Shown: positions 1 through 9,267, numbered from the stretch's first letter. The stretch is 64,000 nt of DNA from Clostridia bacterium (GCA_017461475.1 JAFTXX010000002.1:17127-81126), one strand, 5' to 3'. Program-made: numbers and translations. The notes: generated by a model from the sequence alone, not told the origin.

Positions 1-1239
1 TTTGTATCATCTTATAAGGCGCTTGTCGCGGATTTGCAGACGCTCCCGACCGTCAAGGAAATGTATCTTTCCTCGATGATTCCCGCGCCCAACTCGGACA
101 TCACATATCAGGGAACTGCCTACACTCTCCCTCGCCTTATCGAAAGCATCGCAAAAGAACTTGATTTACCTTTTATCCCCACACATGAGTATACGCATGA
201 CTATTACAATGTAATGCTCGCCTATAACGACTCCGTTCACCCCACAAACACCACATATCCGCGCCTTGCATATAATTTCTATAACGAGGTCTTCGGGCAT
301 AACGCTGATGTTCCCACACTGCCCACCGTGCAGGATAAGGTAGTCTATGTTTCAAACTTCGGCAAGGTTACAAATGACGGTAAAACCGCAGAGAGCGCGG
401 TCAACTCGCTCGGACTCGCGGTTTCCATGCTCCGCGAAACGGGCGGCACGGTAGTCGTATGCGGTCCGCTCACCGCAAAAGTCACTTATCTTGTTGAGTG
501 CGCAGACAACGTAACAATTACATCTGTCTATGGCGGCGTTGACTACAGAGAGATCAACAGCGCCGTAGTTGACATGAGCGGCAACCTCACCCTTGCAAGT
601 GACCTTACATTTGAAAATGTAAAAATCAATACTTCTTCCGCAGGCAAAGCAATTTGCTGCAACTACAACAACTTCACCGTAGGCGAGGGCGTTGTATGTA
701 CCGGTACAAAAGATATCGCCATCAACGTAGGATACCGCATAGGTTCAAGTGCAATCACCTCAGAAGATGTTTCCTGCCATGAGGACTGCACCATAACCGT
801 TGCAAGCGGCACTTGGGCAATTCTTCGCGGCGGCAATATGCGTACCTCGCCAGCAAACCCCATCGGCACGGTTGATAAAGGCGTGACACTTACATATAAT
901 ATCAGCGGCGGCGACTTTACCTACACGGGCGTAAACGCAACTGCGGCTGTCGGCATGAACAGTTGCGACGGCGATGTTGTGATGAACATCTCGGGCGGCA
1001 ACTTTACAGGCGGCGTGTACGGCGTGCACCGCACAGGTACAAACACCACAGGCACATCTGCAACCTTTGGCGGCAGCATTACCATGAACATCACCGGCGG
1101 CACATTCGCAAAAGAAGTGGGACTATACCACACCGCGGACACCCCCGAGGTGCAGGGTGATGTCGTGCTCAACATAAGCGAAAGTCTCAAATCGGTTGTA
1201 AAAACCGACGGTTTTACAAAAATAAATTTTGTTGATTAA
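1..1239 (+). CDS. C-terminal part of a secreted or cell-surface protein with parallel beta-helix-like NIxGG repeats; the 5' end lies upstream of the window
   Basis: Frame 1 is open from base 1. The track start at 34 is a TTG inside that open frame, and the stop is at 1237-1239. N-I-[ST]-G-G-x-F units recur every ~20-25 aa. The segment VYVSNFGKVTNDGKTAESAVNSLGLAVSMLRETGGTVVV aligns with the N-termini of the CDSs at 36765 and 38185. Confidence 0.6.
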   Translation, partial: FVSSYKALVADLQTLPTVKEMYLSSMIPAPNSDITYQGTAYTLPRLIESIAKELDLPFIPTHEYTHDYYNVMLAYNDSVHPTNTTYPRLAYNFYNEVFGHNADVPTLPTVQDKVVYVSNFGKVTNDGKTAESAVNSLGLAVSMLRETGGTVVVCGPLTAKVTYLVECADNVTITSVYGGVDYREINSAVVDMSGNLTLASDLTFENVKINTSSAGKAICCNYNNFTVGEGVVCTGTKDIAINVGYRIGSSAITSEDVSCHEDCTITVASGTWAILRGGNMRTSPANPIGTVDKGVTLTYNISGGDFTYTGVNATAAVGMNSCDGDVVMNISGGNFTGGVYGVHRTGTNTTGTSATFGGSITMNITGGTFAKEVGLYHTADTPEVQGDVVLNISESLKSVVKTDGFTKINFVD

Positions 1240-1253
1240 TTTTAAAAAACCAC

Positions 1254-1282
1254 TTGACAACTTCACTTTAGCGTGATAACAT
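1254..1282 (+). promoter_or_regulatory. sigma-A type promoter for the T-box leader
   Basis: TTGACA (1254-1259), a 17-nt spacer, then TAACAT (1277-1282) with an upstream TG. It lies directly 5' of the leader. Confidence 0.5.
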
Positions 1283-1294
1283 AATGACATACCA

Positions 1295-1562
1295 AGAAAA
1301 CCATTGATTGAGAGTAGTACCCGGCACACTTTCATTCCAAGAGAGCCGCAGGCGGTGTGATTGCGGCAGTGAAACGCAGGCGAATGGACTCATGAGGGCA
1401 AACTGAGCCGATATATCGGTTAGGGGCGACGGAGGGCAACCGTTACAGTGCCGTGTGTATGATAGTACATGTTGAGTGCGTAAGATTTTCTTACGAATTT
1501 GGGTGGTACCGCAGGTTTATTTATCCTGTCCCATTTTATATGGGACAGGATTTTTGTTTTTT
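1295..1562 (+). promoter_or_regulatory. T-box riboswitch leader, probable tRNA-Trp specificity, with an intrinsic terminator
   Basis: Stem I elements occur in canonical order: GA/AGTA box gattGAGAGTAGTAc (1306-1320), AG bulge AGAGAG (~1340), distal loop GGTGTGA (1354-1360), specifier loop gaaTGGa (TGG at 1385-1387) and F-box CCGTTA (1440-1445). The T-box core aatttGGGTGGTACCGCagg is at 1496-1515. The terminator hairpin atcctgtccca/tgggacaggat (1523-1551) is followed by a T-run to 1562. Confidence 0.88.
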
Positions 1563-1663
1563 ACCGACATAGAAAGGAGAGGCGCGATGTTTATTTTAGC
1601 AAAACGATGGCGTACTCCGCGCGCATCTTAAAACTAAAATTTAACATGAAACGGAGATATACC

Positions 1664-2881
1664 ATGAATTTTAACGGAATAGATTTTGACACCTATTTTA
1701 AGAATTACCCCGATGCAAACGGCTACTTCGGCAAATACGGCGGCTCTTACATTCCAAACGATTTGCAGAAAGCCATGAATGAGATAACCGAGGCGTATTT
1801 TACCATCTGCAAGTCCAGCAAGTTTGTCAGCGAACTTCGCCGAATCCGCAAGGAGTTTCAGGGCAGACCCACTCCTATTTCGCACCTCGAGCGCCTTTCT
1901 TCCTCTCTCGGTAACGTTCAACTTTATGTAAAGCGCGAGGACCTCAACCACACAGGCGCACACAAACTTAATCATTGTATGGGCGAAGCGCTTCTTGCAA
2001 AATATATGGGTAAGAAAAAGGTCATTGCCGAGACAGGCGCAGGACAGCACGGCGTTGCACTTGCTACTGCGGCGGCATACTTCGGACTTCAGTGCGATAT
2101 TTACATGGGCTCTGTAGATATCAAAAAGCAAGCTCCCAATGTTGCAAGGATGAAGATCCTCGGTGCTAACGTAGTTGAAGTTACACACGGTCTTGCAACG
2201 CTTAAAGAGGCGGTTGATGCGGCATTTGAAGCGTATACCAAAGAATATAAAGATGCAATATACTGTATCGGCTCGGTAGTAGGGCCACATCCGTTCCCAA
2301 TGATGGTACGTGACTTTCAAAGCGTTGTTGGAATTGAGGCAAGAGAACAGTTTATTGAAATGACCGGCGAGCTTCCCGATGCTATCGTGGCGTGCGTTGG
2401 CGGCGGCTCAAATGCTGCGGGCTTCTTTTCCGGTTTCTTAAATGACCCTGTTGATATATACGGCGTAGAACCTCTCGGCAGAGGCGAAAAACTCGGCGAC
2501 CACGCTGCAAGCCTTACATACGGCAGCGAAGGTGTAATGCACGGATTCAACAGCATAATGCTCAAGGACTCAAACGGCGAGCCGGCACCCGTATACTCGG
2601 TTGCAAGCGGACTTGACTATCCTTCGTCCGGTCCCGAACACGCATTCCTTCACGATATCGGCAGAGTAAAGTACGATGTTGTAAACGACGAGCAGACGAT
2701 TGATGCATTTTATGCGCTTTCCCGTCTTGAGGGCATCATCCCTGCAATTGAGAGCGCACATGCTGTTGCATACGGCGTAAAACTCGCTCAGAAAATGGGC
2801 AAGGGTTCGGTTCTTATCAACCTCTCCGGCAGAGGAGATAAAGATATGGATTATATCATCGAAAAATACGGTATCAGATAA
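1664..2881 (+). CDS. trpB: tryptophan synthase beta chain
   Basis: N-terminal [18 protein letters not shown]-lysine motif HTGAHKLNH, and GGGSNAAG. The ATG at 1664 has a GGAGA ribosome-binding site. The longer track ORF starting at 1499 would read through the T-box terminator. Confidence 0.9.
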   Translation: MNFNGIDFDTYFKNYPDANGYFGKYGGSYIPNDLQKAMNEITEAYFTICKSSKFVSELRRIRKEFQGRPTPISHLERLSSSLGNVQLYVKREDLNHTGAHKLNHCMGEALLAKYMGKKKVIAETGAGQHGVALATAAAYFGLQCDIYMGSVDIKKQAPNVARMKILGANVVEVTHGLATLKEAVDAAFEAYTKEYKDAIYCIGSVVGPHPFPMMVRDFQSVVGIEAREQFIEMTGELPDAIVACVGGGSNAAGFFSGFLNDPVDIYGVEPLGRGEKLGDHAASLTYGSEGVMHGFNSIMLKDSNGEPAPVYSVASGLDYPSSGPEHAFLHDIGRVKYDVVNDEQTIDAFYALSRLEGIIPAIESAHAVAYGVKLAQKMGKGSVLINLSGRGDKDMDYIIEKYGIR

Positions 2882-2904
2882 ATATATTAAAAAGGAGAAT
2901 TACC

Positions 2905-3891
2905 ATGAAAAAGTTTATATCAATTATTCTTGTTGCTCTTATTTCCGTTTTCGCACTTGCATCATGTGCAGATACAACAAATGCCGCGTCCGACACCTAC
3001 AAGGTCGGCGTAGTACAGTACATCAGCCACCCCTCTCTCGATAACTGCTTTGCAGGCGTTGAAGCCGCTCTCACCGAGCGCTACGGCGAAAAAGTTGAAA
3101 TCACCCGTCAGATCGGTTCCGACTCTTCAGCAGATTCCGACTGTGCAACCTATGCGAGCCAGTTCGCCGCACAGAACTACGATATGATAGTCGCAATTGC
3201 AACCCCCGCGGCAACCTCCGCTTTCGCGGCGGCTGAGGCAAAGGATATCCCCGTTGTATTCTGCGCTGTATCCGACCCCGTTGCAGTCGGTCTTGTAGAA
3301 AGCCTTGATGCTCCTGGTTACAACTGCTCGGGCACTTCCGATGTGCTTGATATGGAAGCGCAACTCGACCTTATTACATCTCTCCAGCCCGACGTAAAGA
3401 AAATCGGCGTACTCTATACCTCCAGCGAAGCAAACTCAATAGCACAGCTTGCACTTCTCGAAGAAGCGGCAAAGGCTTACGGTGTGGAAATCGTACCTCA
3501 GAGCATCCAGAGCGACTCCGACATTCCCTCCGCGGCAACCGCACTTTGCGCCAAGGTTGATTGCCTTAACAACTTTACCGATAACAAGGTCGTAAATAAC
3601 CTCTCCGTAGTTCTCGATGCCGCAAACGAAGCGGGAATTCCCGTTTACGGCTCCGAGGAAGAGCAGGTTAAAAACGGCTGTCTCGCATCCGTCTCCATCG
3701 ACTATGTTGCACTCGGTAAGGTAACCGGTAACATGGCGGCTGACGCACTCGAAGGTGCCGACCTTGCAACTATGGCTGTTAAGACCATCTCCGACGCAAC
3801 TCCCGTTGTCAACACCGATGTGCTTGCGGCATTCAATATTACAATGCCCGCGGCTTATGCAAACGCAACCACCGTTACAACCAACAAATAA
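2905..3891 (+). CDS. ABC transporter substrate-binding lipoprotein (ABC_sub_bind/PF04392-like, TrpX-like)
   Basis: Lipoprotein signal MKKFISIILVALISVFALASC. YKVGVVQYISHPSLD and the overall layout are typical of this binding-protein family. It starts 23 nt after trpB with a GGAG ribosome-binding site. Confidence 0.75.
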   Translation: MKKFISIILVALISVFALASCADTTNAASDTYKVGVVQYISHPSLDNCFAGVEAALTERYGEKVEITRQIGSDSSADSDCATYASQFAAQNYDMIVAIATPAATSAFAAAEAKDIPVVFCAVSDPVAVGLVESLDAPGYNCSGTSDVLDMEAQLDLITSLQPDVKKIGVLYTSSEANSIAQLALLEEAAKAYGVEIVPQSIQSDSDIPSAATALCAKVDCLNNFTDNKVVNNLSVVLDAANEAGIPVYGSEEEQVKNGCLASVSIDYVALGKVTGNMAADALEGADLATMAVKTISDATPVVNTDVLAAFNITMPAAYANATTVTTNK

Positions 3892-3908
3892 TTTGAAAGG
3901 GCATAAAA

Positions 3909-4847
3909 ATGTCTTCCATTTTAAGTTCGATTGATGTCATGTTGCAGGATGGCTTTATGTACGCCATCCTTGCAATGGGATACTATGTTTCATATACCAT
4001 ACTTGACTTCCCCGACCTCACAGTAGAGGGAACCGTGCTTTCGGGCGGCGTAGCCTTCGGTTTGCTCGTCCGCGCGGGTGTAAACCCGTGGCTTGCGCTT
4101 GTCGTTTCCTTCCTTGTAGGTTTTGCGTTCGGAGCACTTACGGGATTTCTGCATGTAAAACTCGGTATTCGCCCCCTGCTTTGCGGTATCCTCGTCTCCA
4201 CCGCGCTGATTTCAATAAACCTTGTTATAACGGTTGTCGGCATGGGCGGCACATGGGCAGGTGACGGCGCACTTTCCACCATTGAACTCGGACGCAGCGT
4301 TCCCACGCTCCTTCGCACTTTTCCCGCAAACCTTTTGCCCACCGATTTTTATGGGTTCAATGTTCAGCGTCTTGTCACATTCTTTTTTATCGCGCTCGTC
4401 TGCAAGTTTTTGCTTGACGCATATCTCAAAACAAAGAACGGTCTTCTTCTCCGCGCGGCAGGCAGCAATTCCCAGTATGTAACCATGCTCGCAAAGGACC
4501 AGAGAGTGTGCAAAGTTCTTGGACTTGCCATAGGCAACGGATATGCAGCCGTTTCCGGTGCGCTTATCGTGCAGAGCCGCGGTAATGTAAATCAAGGCAT
4601 GGGCATAGGCATGGTAGTTATCGGACTTGCATCCCTTATTATCGGACTTTCACTGTTCGGTAAGGTCAGATTTATGAAGTCAACCACCGCCGTTATCCTC
4701 GGCTCGGTAATCTATCAGGCTTGCCTTGGTCTTGCGACTCTCCTCGGCGTTCCGTCTGCGTATAATAAGATAATCATGGCGGTACTGTTCACACTTGCGC
4801 TTGTCGGCAGCAGTGCACTTAAAAAGGGGGCGGAGAAAAATGCTTGA
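3909..4847 (+). CDS. ABC transporter permease (TrpY-like)
   Basis: 312-aa polytopic hydrophobic protein lying between the binding protein and the ATPase. Gene spacing is tight. Confidence 0.75.
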   Translation: MSSILSSIDVMLQDGFMYAILAMGYYVSYTILDFPDLTVEGTVLSGGVAFGLLVRAGVNPWLALVVSFLVGFAFGALTGFLHVKLGIRPLLCGILVSTALISINLVITVVGMGGTWAGDGALSTIELGRSVPTLLRTFPANLLPTDFYGFNVQRLVTFFFIALVCKFLLDAYLKTKNGLLLRAAGSNSQYVTMLAKDQRVCKVLGLAIGNGYAAVSGALIVQSRGNVNQGMGIGMVVIGLASLIIGLSLFGKVRFMKSTTAVILGSVIYQACLGLATLLGVPSAYNKIIMAVLFTLALVGSSALKKGAEKNA

Positions 4848-5619
4848 ACTTGAAAATATATCTGTCACTTTTAATAAAGGCACTCCCGACGAGTCCCTCC
4901 TGTTTGATAACTTCAATTTAAAAGTTGATGAGGGAGAATTTGTTTCTGTCATCGGTTCAAACGGCTCGGGTAAAACCACAATGCTCAATCTTATCTGTGG
5001 TTCGCTCGCACCCGACTCGGGCAGAATACTTTTTGACGGCAAGGACATTACAAAAATGAGCGAGTTCCGCCGTGCAAAGCGTATCGGCAGAGTTTTTCAG
5101 GATACAAAGGTAGGCACCTGCGCAGACCTCACCATTCTCGAAAACATGGCGCTCGCCGATAATAAAAATAAAATTTTCGGACTTTCACGCGGCGTAAATC
5201 CAAAGCGTGTTGACTACTACCGCACACTCCTCGAGGAGTGCGAAATGGGTCTTGAAAACCGACTCCATACACATGTTGGTTCCCTCAGCGGTGGTCAGCG
5301 TCAGGCACTCGCACTTGTCATAGCAAACATGACCGACCTCGATATGCTCATTCTCGATGAGCACACCGCCGCCCTCGACCCCAAGTCCTCGGAGACAGTA
5401 ATGCACCTCACCGATAAATTTGTGCACAAGAGCAAAATCACGTCTCTCATGGTAACGCACAATCTTCGTTTCGCCATAGAGTACGGCACAAGACTCATAA
5501 TGATGCACGAGGGCAAATGCATAGTAGACATCCGCGGTGAAGAAAAGAAAAACGCCTGCGTCGATGACCTCTTAAATATCTTCAACAAAATCAGCATCGA
5601 AGTCGGCAATAATGTGTAA
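4840..5619 (+). CDS. ABC transporter ATP-binding protein (TrpZ-like)
   Basis: Walker A GSNGSGKTT, signature LSGGQRQ, Walker B LILDEHTAALD. The ATG at 4840 overlaps the permease stop by 8 nt and follows a GGGGGCGGAG ribosome-binding site. Confidence 0.85.
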   Translation: MLELENISVTFNKGTPDESLLFDNFNLKVDEGEFVSVIGSNGSGKTTMLNLICGSLAPDSGRILFDGKDITKMSEFRRAKRIGRVFQDTKVGTCADLTILENMALADNKNKIFGLSRGVNPKRVDYYRTLLEECEMGLENRLHTHVGSLSGGQRQALALVIANMTDLDMLILDEHTAALDPKSSETVMHLTDKFVHKSKITSLMVTHNLRFAIEYGTRLIMMHEGKCIVDIRGEEKKNACVDDLLNIFNKISIEVGNNV

Positions 5620-5627
5620 TAAGAAAA

Positions 5628-5660
5628 GAACCAAATTCTACACGAATCTGGTTCTTTTTG
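5628..5660 (+). terminator. intrinsic terminator of the trpB-ABC operon
   Basis: Hairpin gaaccaaattc/gaatctggttc followed by TTTTTG, just after the stop at 5619. Confidence 0.7.
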
Positions 5661-5670
5661 TATCAGTGAG

Positions 5671-5770
5671 GTAAATAGATGTTTATATAAGTATAGCGAC
5701 GCACCAACCTGTAGGGGTCGACGTACTCCACGCGGTTGGTGCGTCGCCATTACTAATGTAAACAATATTT
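5671..5770. repeat. palindromic intergenic repeat, family A copy
   Basis: Perfect 14-bp inverted arms GCGACGCACCAACC (5696-5709) and GGTTGGTGCGTCGC (5734-5747) surround a GTAGGGGTCGACGT loop. The edges gtaaatagatgttta and ctaatgtaaacaata resemble the termini of the other elements listed below. Confidence 0.7.
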
Positions 5771-5845
5771 TTTCATTTTCTTCTAAACCTTTTTTATCTA
5801 AATCTTGTCTATAAGACAGAACCACAAAAACGAAAGGATGATACG

Positions 5846-8800
5846 GTGTTATATCAAGACCAAAATGACGAGACCTTGGTAATGCTCACGCTCGCCGGTG
5901 AGCAACGTGCTTATGAGGTGCTTGTCGCACGGTATGAAAAAGCGGTTGTCGCCGCGGCGAACTCTGTGATACACGCAAAATACATGGCGGAAGATGCGGC
6001 GCAGGACGCGTTTATCACCGCGTGGATGAAACTGAATGTCCTTCGCGAACCCGAGAAATACGGTGCGTGGGTATGTCGCATAGCAAAGAATTGCGCAAAG
6101 AACATGGTTGTTCGTATGCGCAGTTACCTGAGCCTTGACGCACTCGAAAACGCAGTTGCCGAGGATATGCGCAGTAACCCCGAAATACTCCTTGTCTCCG
6201 CCGAGGAAAAAGAGCAGTTGTACGGCAGTATCAGCGCGCTCTCCGAAAAAGTAAAACAGGTCATACACCTGCACTATTTTGAGGAACTTTCCATTGCGGA
6301 GATAGCGGACAGAATGCGCGTATCCGAAGGCACGGTCAAGGCACAACTTCACAGCGGCAGAAAACAGATAAGAAAGGGACTTGGTGCTATGAACGAAAAT
6401 GTAAACGATACCTTGGTGCAAAAGGTTATGAAGAAGGTCGAAGAACTCAAAGCATGGCAGTTTAAAAACAGCAAAAACGGCTTTGAAACCGCATATAACG
6501 ATGTTCTCGCTGATGTTGAAAACCTGCCCGAATCCGCGGACAAGTACCATGCGCTTGCCGATGTGCTTATGCGTGGCTGGTGGTGGCTCCCCGGTGAAAA
6601 GAACGACGCACTTTTTGCCCGCATCCGCGAAGCGGCGGAACTCGGAAAGAACGACGAGGCAATGCGTTTTATCACAATGCAGGAAGACCAGAAATGGAGC
6701 GGAAATGTGCTCATTGAGTTTATACGTGACAAACAAATTCCGCGTCTTGAAAAGTTAAAATTGACAAAAGCGCTTGCCAGCGAATGGTTTTGGCTTGCTG
6801 GTGCTTATTTCGGACTTAAAAAGCCGGACACCGAAAACGGCTTTGCCGCATATGAAAAAGTGTTGTCGATCGCCTCTCATACGGACATATACTATGCCGC
6901 GGCTCTCGCGGCAATCGAAATGCAGAAACAGCATCTCGCAAGAGAGGTGAGGGGAGAAAACGACCAGTACAAAATGCGTGCGGGCGGATACGAATATCGC
7001 ATAACCGATGGAAAACTTCGCCGCTTTGACCATTGCGGTATGGGAGAAGGGTGGATGAAATCCTTAGATGAGCAGATAGACCAGATATTCCGCAATGCGT
7101 CTCTGTGTGACGGCTTTTTTACTGTCGACGGTTTAAAAGTAGGGGAAAGTTACACAGGCTCCGACGGAACAACTCTCACTTTTGCAGATGACAATGCCAC
7201 CGCCGAAACTCCTTGCGGTGTTTTTGAAGGCTGTGAACTTTGGATAACGAAACACAATAAAGCCACAAATAAAACATATTTCAAAAAAGGCGTTGGCATC
7301 GTCCGTCAAAACAGAAAATGTCACGGTTATGAAGAAGTGCGTATGCTCAAATCCTATACTATAGTCGGCGGCGATGGGCTTATACCTTGTGCAAGCGGCA
7401 ACACCTGGGAATATACCGCGGATTATAATGCTGAATTTATTAAGCAATCGTCGGTTTTTACAGTATGCCATGCAGACAAAAATACGGTTATGATTTCGTA
7501 CAGATTCAGCGTTGAACGCCTGAAATATGACGACAACAGTTGGGTCGACATGATAAGGCAGATACGTAGCGAGTATTGCGGTGATGAGAAGATATATGAT
7601 GTTTATTATCCCATTGAGCGCGCCGAAATGCTTGCAAAGACACCCATTGAAAAAGCACATACCAAGGCGGCATGCTCGGTAGCACGCCGAATTTTGGAGA
7701 CGGATCCCACGTTCAATCCCAAATTTACCGCAACAGGGCATTGGAATTTCTTTACGCGTGAAACCACATGCAAAAATGACGGAAAAACCAAGATCCATGA
7801 ACATGATTACCCGTGGTGTTTCGAGTGGAAGAATACCGAGTGGACTATTGCTATGGCTCCGATTCTGTATAATGATATTTACGGAATCCTGCACGATGCA
7901 GTTGACTGTATATGGTCGGATGAATGGAAGAGCGGAACAAAGCACACGGCAGAGTATTTGATGTGGGGTACGGAATACATTAAAACTTTTGTCGAGTGTG
8001 AAGATGTGGGTAGCATAACCACAGCGGCGGGGACGTTTGAAAACTGCCTTAAACTCTCGCTTGATGTTCATGGTATGACCGCAGGTATGGCATACCGCGG
8101 CGGTAAGTTCTATTATTACTTTGCACCGGGCATCGGCATTGTGCGCATGGAAAAGCCGTATTGGGGCGATTCCGCTACCGCCGTTTATGAACTGACAGAA
8201 TATGAGGGAACAGGCGAGGGGTATATGCCGCTTTGCGACGGCATGATGCGCCGCTACGACGCGCTGAACTTGACTGACGGTTATGTAGGCAGTTCGGTGT
8301 ATACTTATGCCGCCGATGATGACGGAGATGTTGTAATTTTCTCCGACCGTTGCGGCGTCCGAGAAATTCCAGCACCTGTTACGCAGTATTGCTTAGTTCA
8401 AAATGAGGTGCTGGAGCAGCAGTTGTGGGATGCGGGAAACCGCGAAGAAGGGTGGAAATATAACTCGCTGAATAATTTCAATCTTATGATGCATTATATT
8501 GCCAAACCGAACAGAAACACACGCCGCGCCAACCGTTCTATTGAGATAAACGGTTTTAATATGCGCCTTATGGAAATGTTCGGCGAAGGCAACGGCGTGC
8601 CGCCCGCATGGCATGCGCTCTATGCGTGGGTTTCTCTTGTAAGAGCCGCGGCATTCTTCGGTGCAGGCAGAAGTGACGAGGGATATGAACATCTTGAAAT
8701 TTCACTTGAATATTACGCTAAGTGGAATGAGTACGAAGACGGGCAAGAACTTGATACGGGCTATAAAGAAATGTTCGGAGATTGCAAACTCTTAAAAGGC

Positions 8801-9001
8801 AAAGGTTGCGCCTTGTTCCCGGACGGCACTCGCTATCCGCTTGAATATGAGTACCGTTTCAGAAATTCCGCCGCAAGTGCTTTGTTCTACGCCATGACCG
8901 CGCCCCGCGGCTGGGAATGGTTCAACAAGTCAAGAAAAGAAGACCGTTTCAATGAACTTGTTGAGCGCGCAAAACTGCTATTGAATAATAATGATAGGTA
9001 A
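5846..9001 (+). CDS. ECF-type sigma-70 family factor fused to an ~870-aa C-terminal extension
   Basis: Residues 1-~182 carry region 2 (DAAQDAFITAWMKL, GAWVCRIAKN) and a region 4 helix-turn-helix (LSIAEIADRMRVSEGTVKAQLHSGRKQIRKGL). The rest is one continuous ORF with no hydrophobic transmembrane segment. GTG start at 5846 with an AAAGGA ribosome-binding site; an ATG at 5882 is an alternative. Confidence 0.8.
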   Translation: MLYQDQNDETLVMLTLAGEQRAYEVLVARYEKAVVAAANSVIHAKYMAEDAAQDAFITAWMKLNVLREPEKYGAWVCRIAKNCAKNMVVRMRSYLSLDALENAVAEDMRSNPEILLVSAEEKEQLYGSISALSEKVKQVIHLHYFEELSIAEIADRMRVSEGTVKAQLHSGRKQIRKGLGAMNENVNDTLVQKVMKKVEELKAWQFKNSKNGFETAYNDVLADVENLPESADKYHALADVLMRGWWWLPGEKNDALFARIREAAELGKNDEAMRFITMQEDQKWSGNVLIEFIRDKQIPRLEKLKLTKALASEWFWLAGAYFGLKKPDTENGFAAYEKVLSIASHTDIYYAAALAAIEMQKQHLAREVRGENDQYKMRAGGYEYRITDGKLRRFDHCGMGEGWMKSLDEQIDQIFRNASLCDGFFTVDGLKVGESYTGSDGTTLTFADDNATAETPCGVFEGCELWITKHNKATNKTYFKKGVGIVRQNRKCHGYEEVRMLKSYTIVGGDGLIPCASGNTWEYTADYNAEFIKQSSVFTVCHADKNTVMISYRFSVERLKYDDNSWVDMIRQIRSEYCGDEKIYDVYYPIERAEMLAKTPIEKAHTKAACSVARRILETDPTFNPKFTATGHWNFFTRETTCKNDGKTKIHEHDYPWCFEWKNTEWTIAMAPILYNDIYGILHDAVDCIWSDEWKSGTKHTAEYLMWGTEYIKTFVECEDVGSITTAAGTFENCLKLSLDVHGMTAGMAYRGGKFYYYFAPGIGIVRMEKPYWGDSATAVYELTEYEGTGEGYMPLCDGMMRRYDALNLTDGYVGSSVYTYAADDDGDVVIFSDRCGVREIPAPVTQYCLVQNEVLEQQLWDAGNREEGWKYNSLNNFNLMMHYIAKPNRNTRRANRSIEINGFNMRLMEMFGEGNGVPPAWHALYAWVSLVRAAAFFGAGRSDEGYEHLEISLEYYAKWNEYEDGQELDTGYKEMFGDCKLLKGKGCALFPDGTRYPLEYEYRFRNSAASALFYAMTAPRGWEWFNKSRKEDRFNELVERAKLLLNNNDR

Positions 9002-9224
9002 ATTAATGTTCAGCGGAGTGACAATATAAATCAAATCGTAGGGGACGACGTCCTCGACGTCCCTAAAAGCAACACATGAAATGGATGCTAATGTAACGAG
9101 CAAACTCGTAGGGGCGATTATCAATCGCCCGCTTGTATAACATCTAGTCTTTGCTTTTCGGCGATTGATAATCGCCCCTACTCGGTTTGTGCGTCGTCAT
9201 TGCTCGCATAATCATTAATTTCCC
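9001..9224. repeat. composite palindromic intergenic element (family B-like termini, family A-like interior)
   Basis: Begins aaattaatgttcagcggag and ends cataatcattaattt, like family B termini. The interior holds GTAGGGGACGACGTCCTCGACGTCCC, TGCTAATGTAACG (9086-9098), a 22-bp perfect hairpin GTAGGGGCGATTATCAATCGCC (9108-9129 / 9160-9181) and GGTTTGTGCGTCGTC (9185-9199). Confidence 0.75.
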
Positions 9225-9231
9225 ACTACAC

Positions 9232-9260
9232 AAAAAGCACCTCTTTCGAGGTGCTTTTTG
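9232..9260. terminator. bidirectional intrinsic terminator
   Basis: AAAAA-agcacctc-tttc-gaggtgct-TTTTT. It lies between the convergent sigma-fusion gene and the Gly-rich gene. Confidence 0.8.
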
Positions 9261-9267
9261 CTCTATC

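Noticed and set aside
1499-1663. N-terminal 55-aa extension of trpB in the ORF track (start at 1499).
   Set aside because: It would translate the T-box core and the terminator hairpin. The ATG at 1664 has a ribosome-binding site and gives a canonical TrpB N-terminus.
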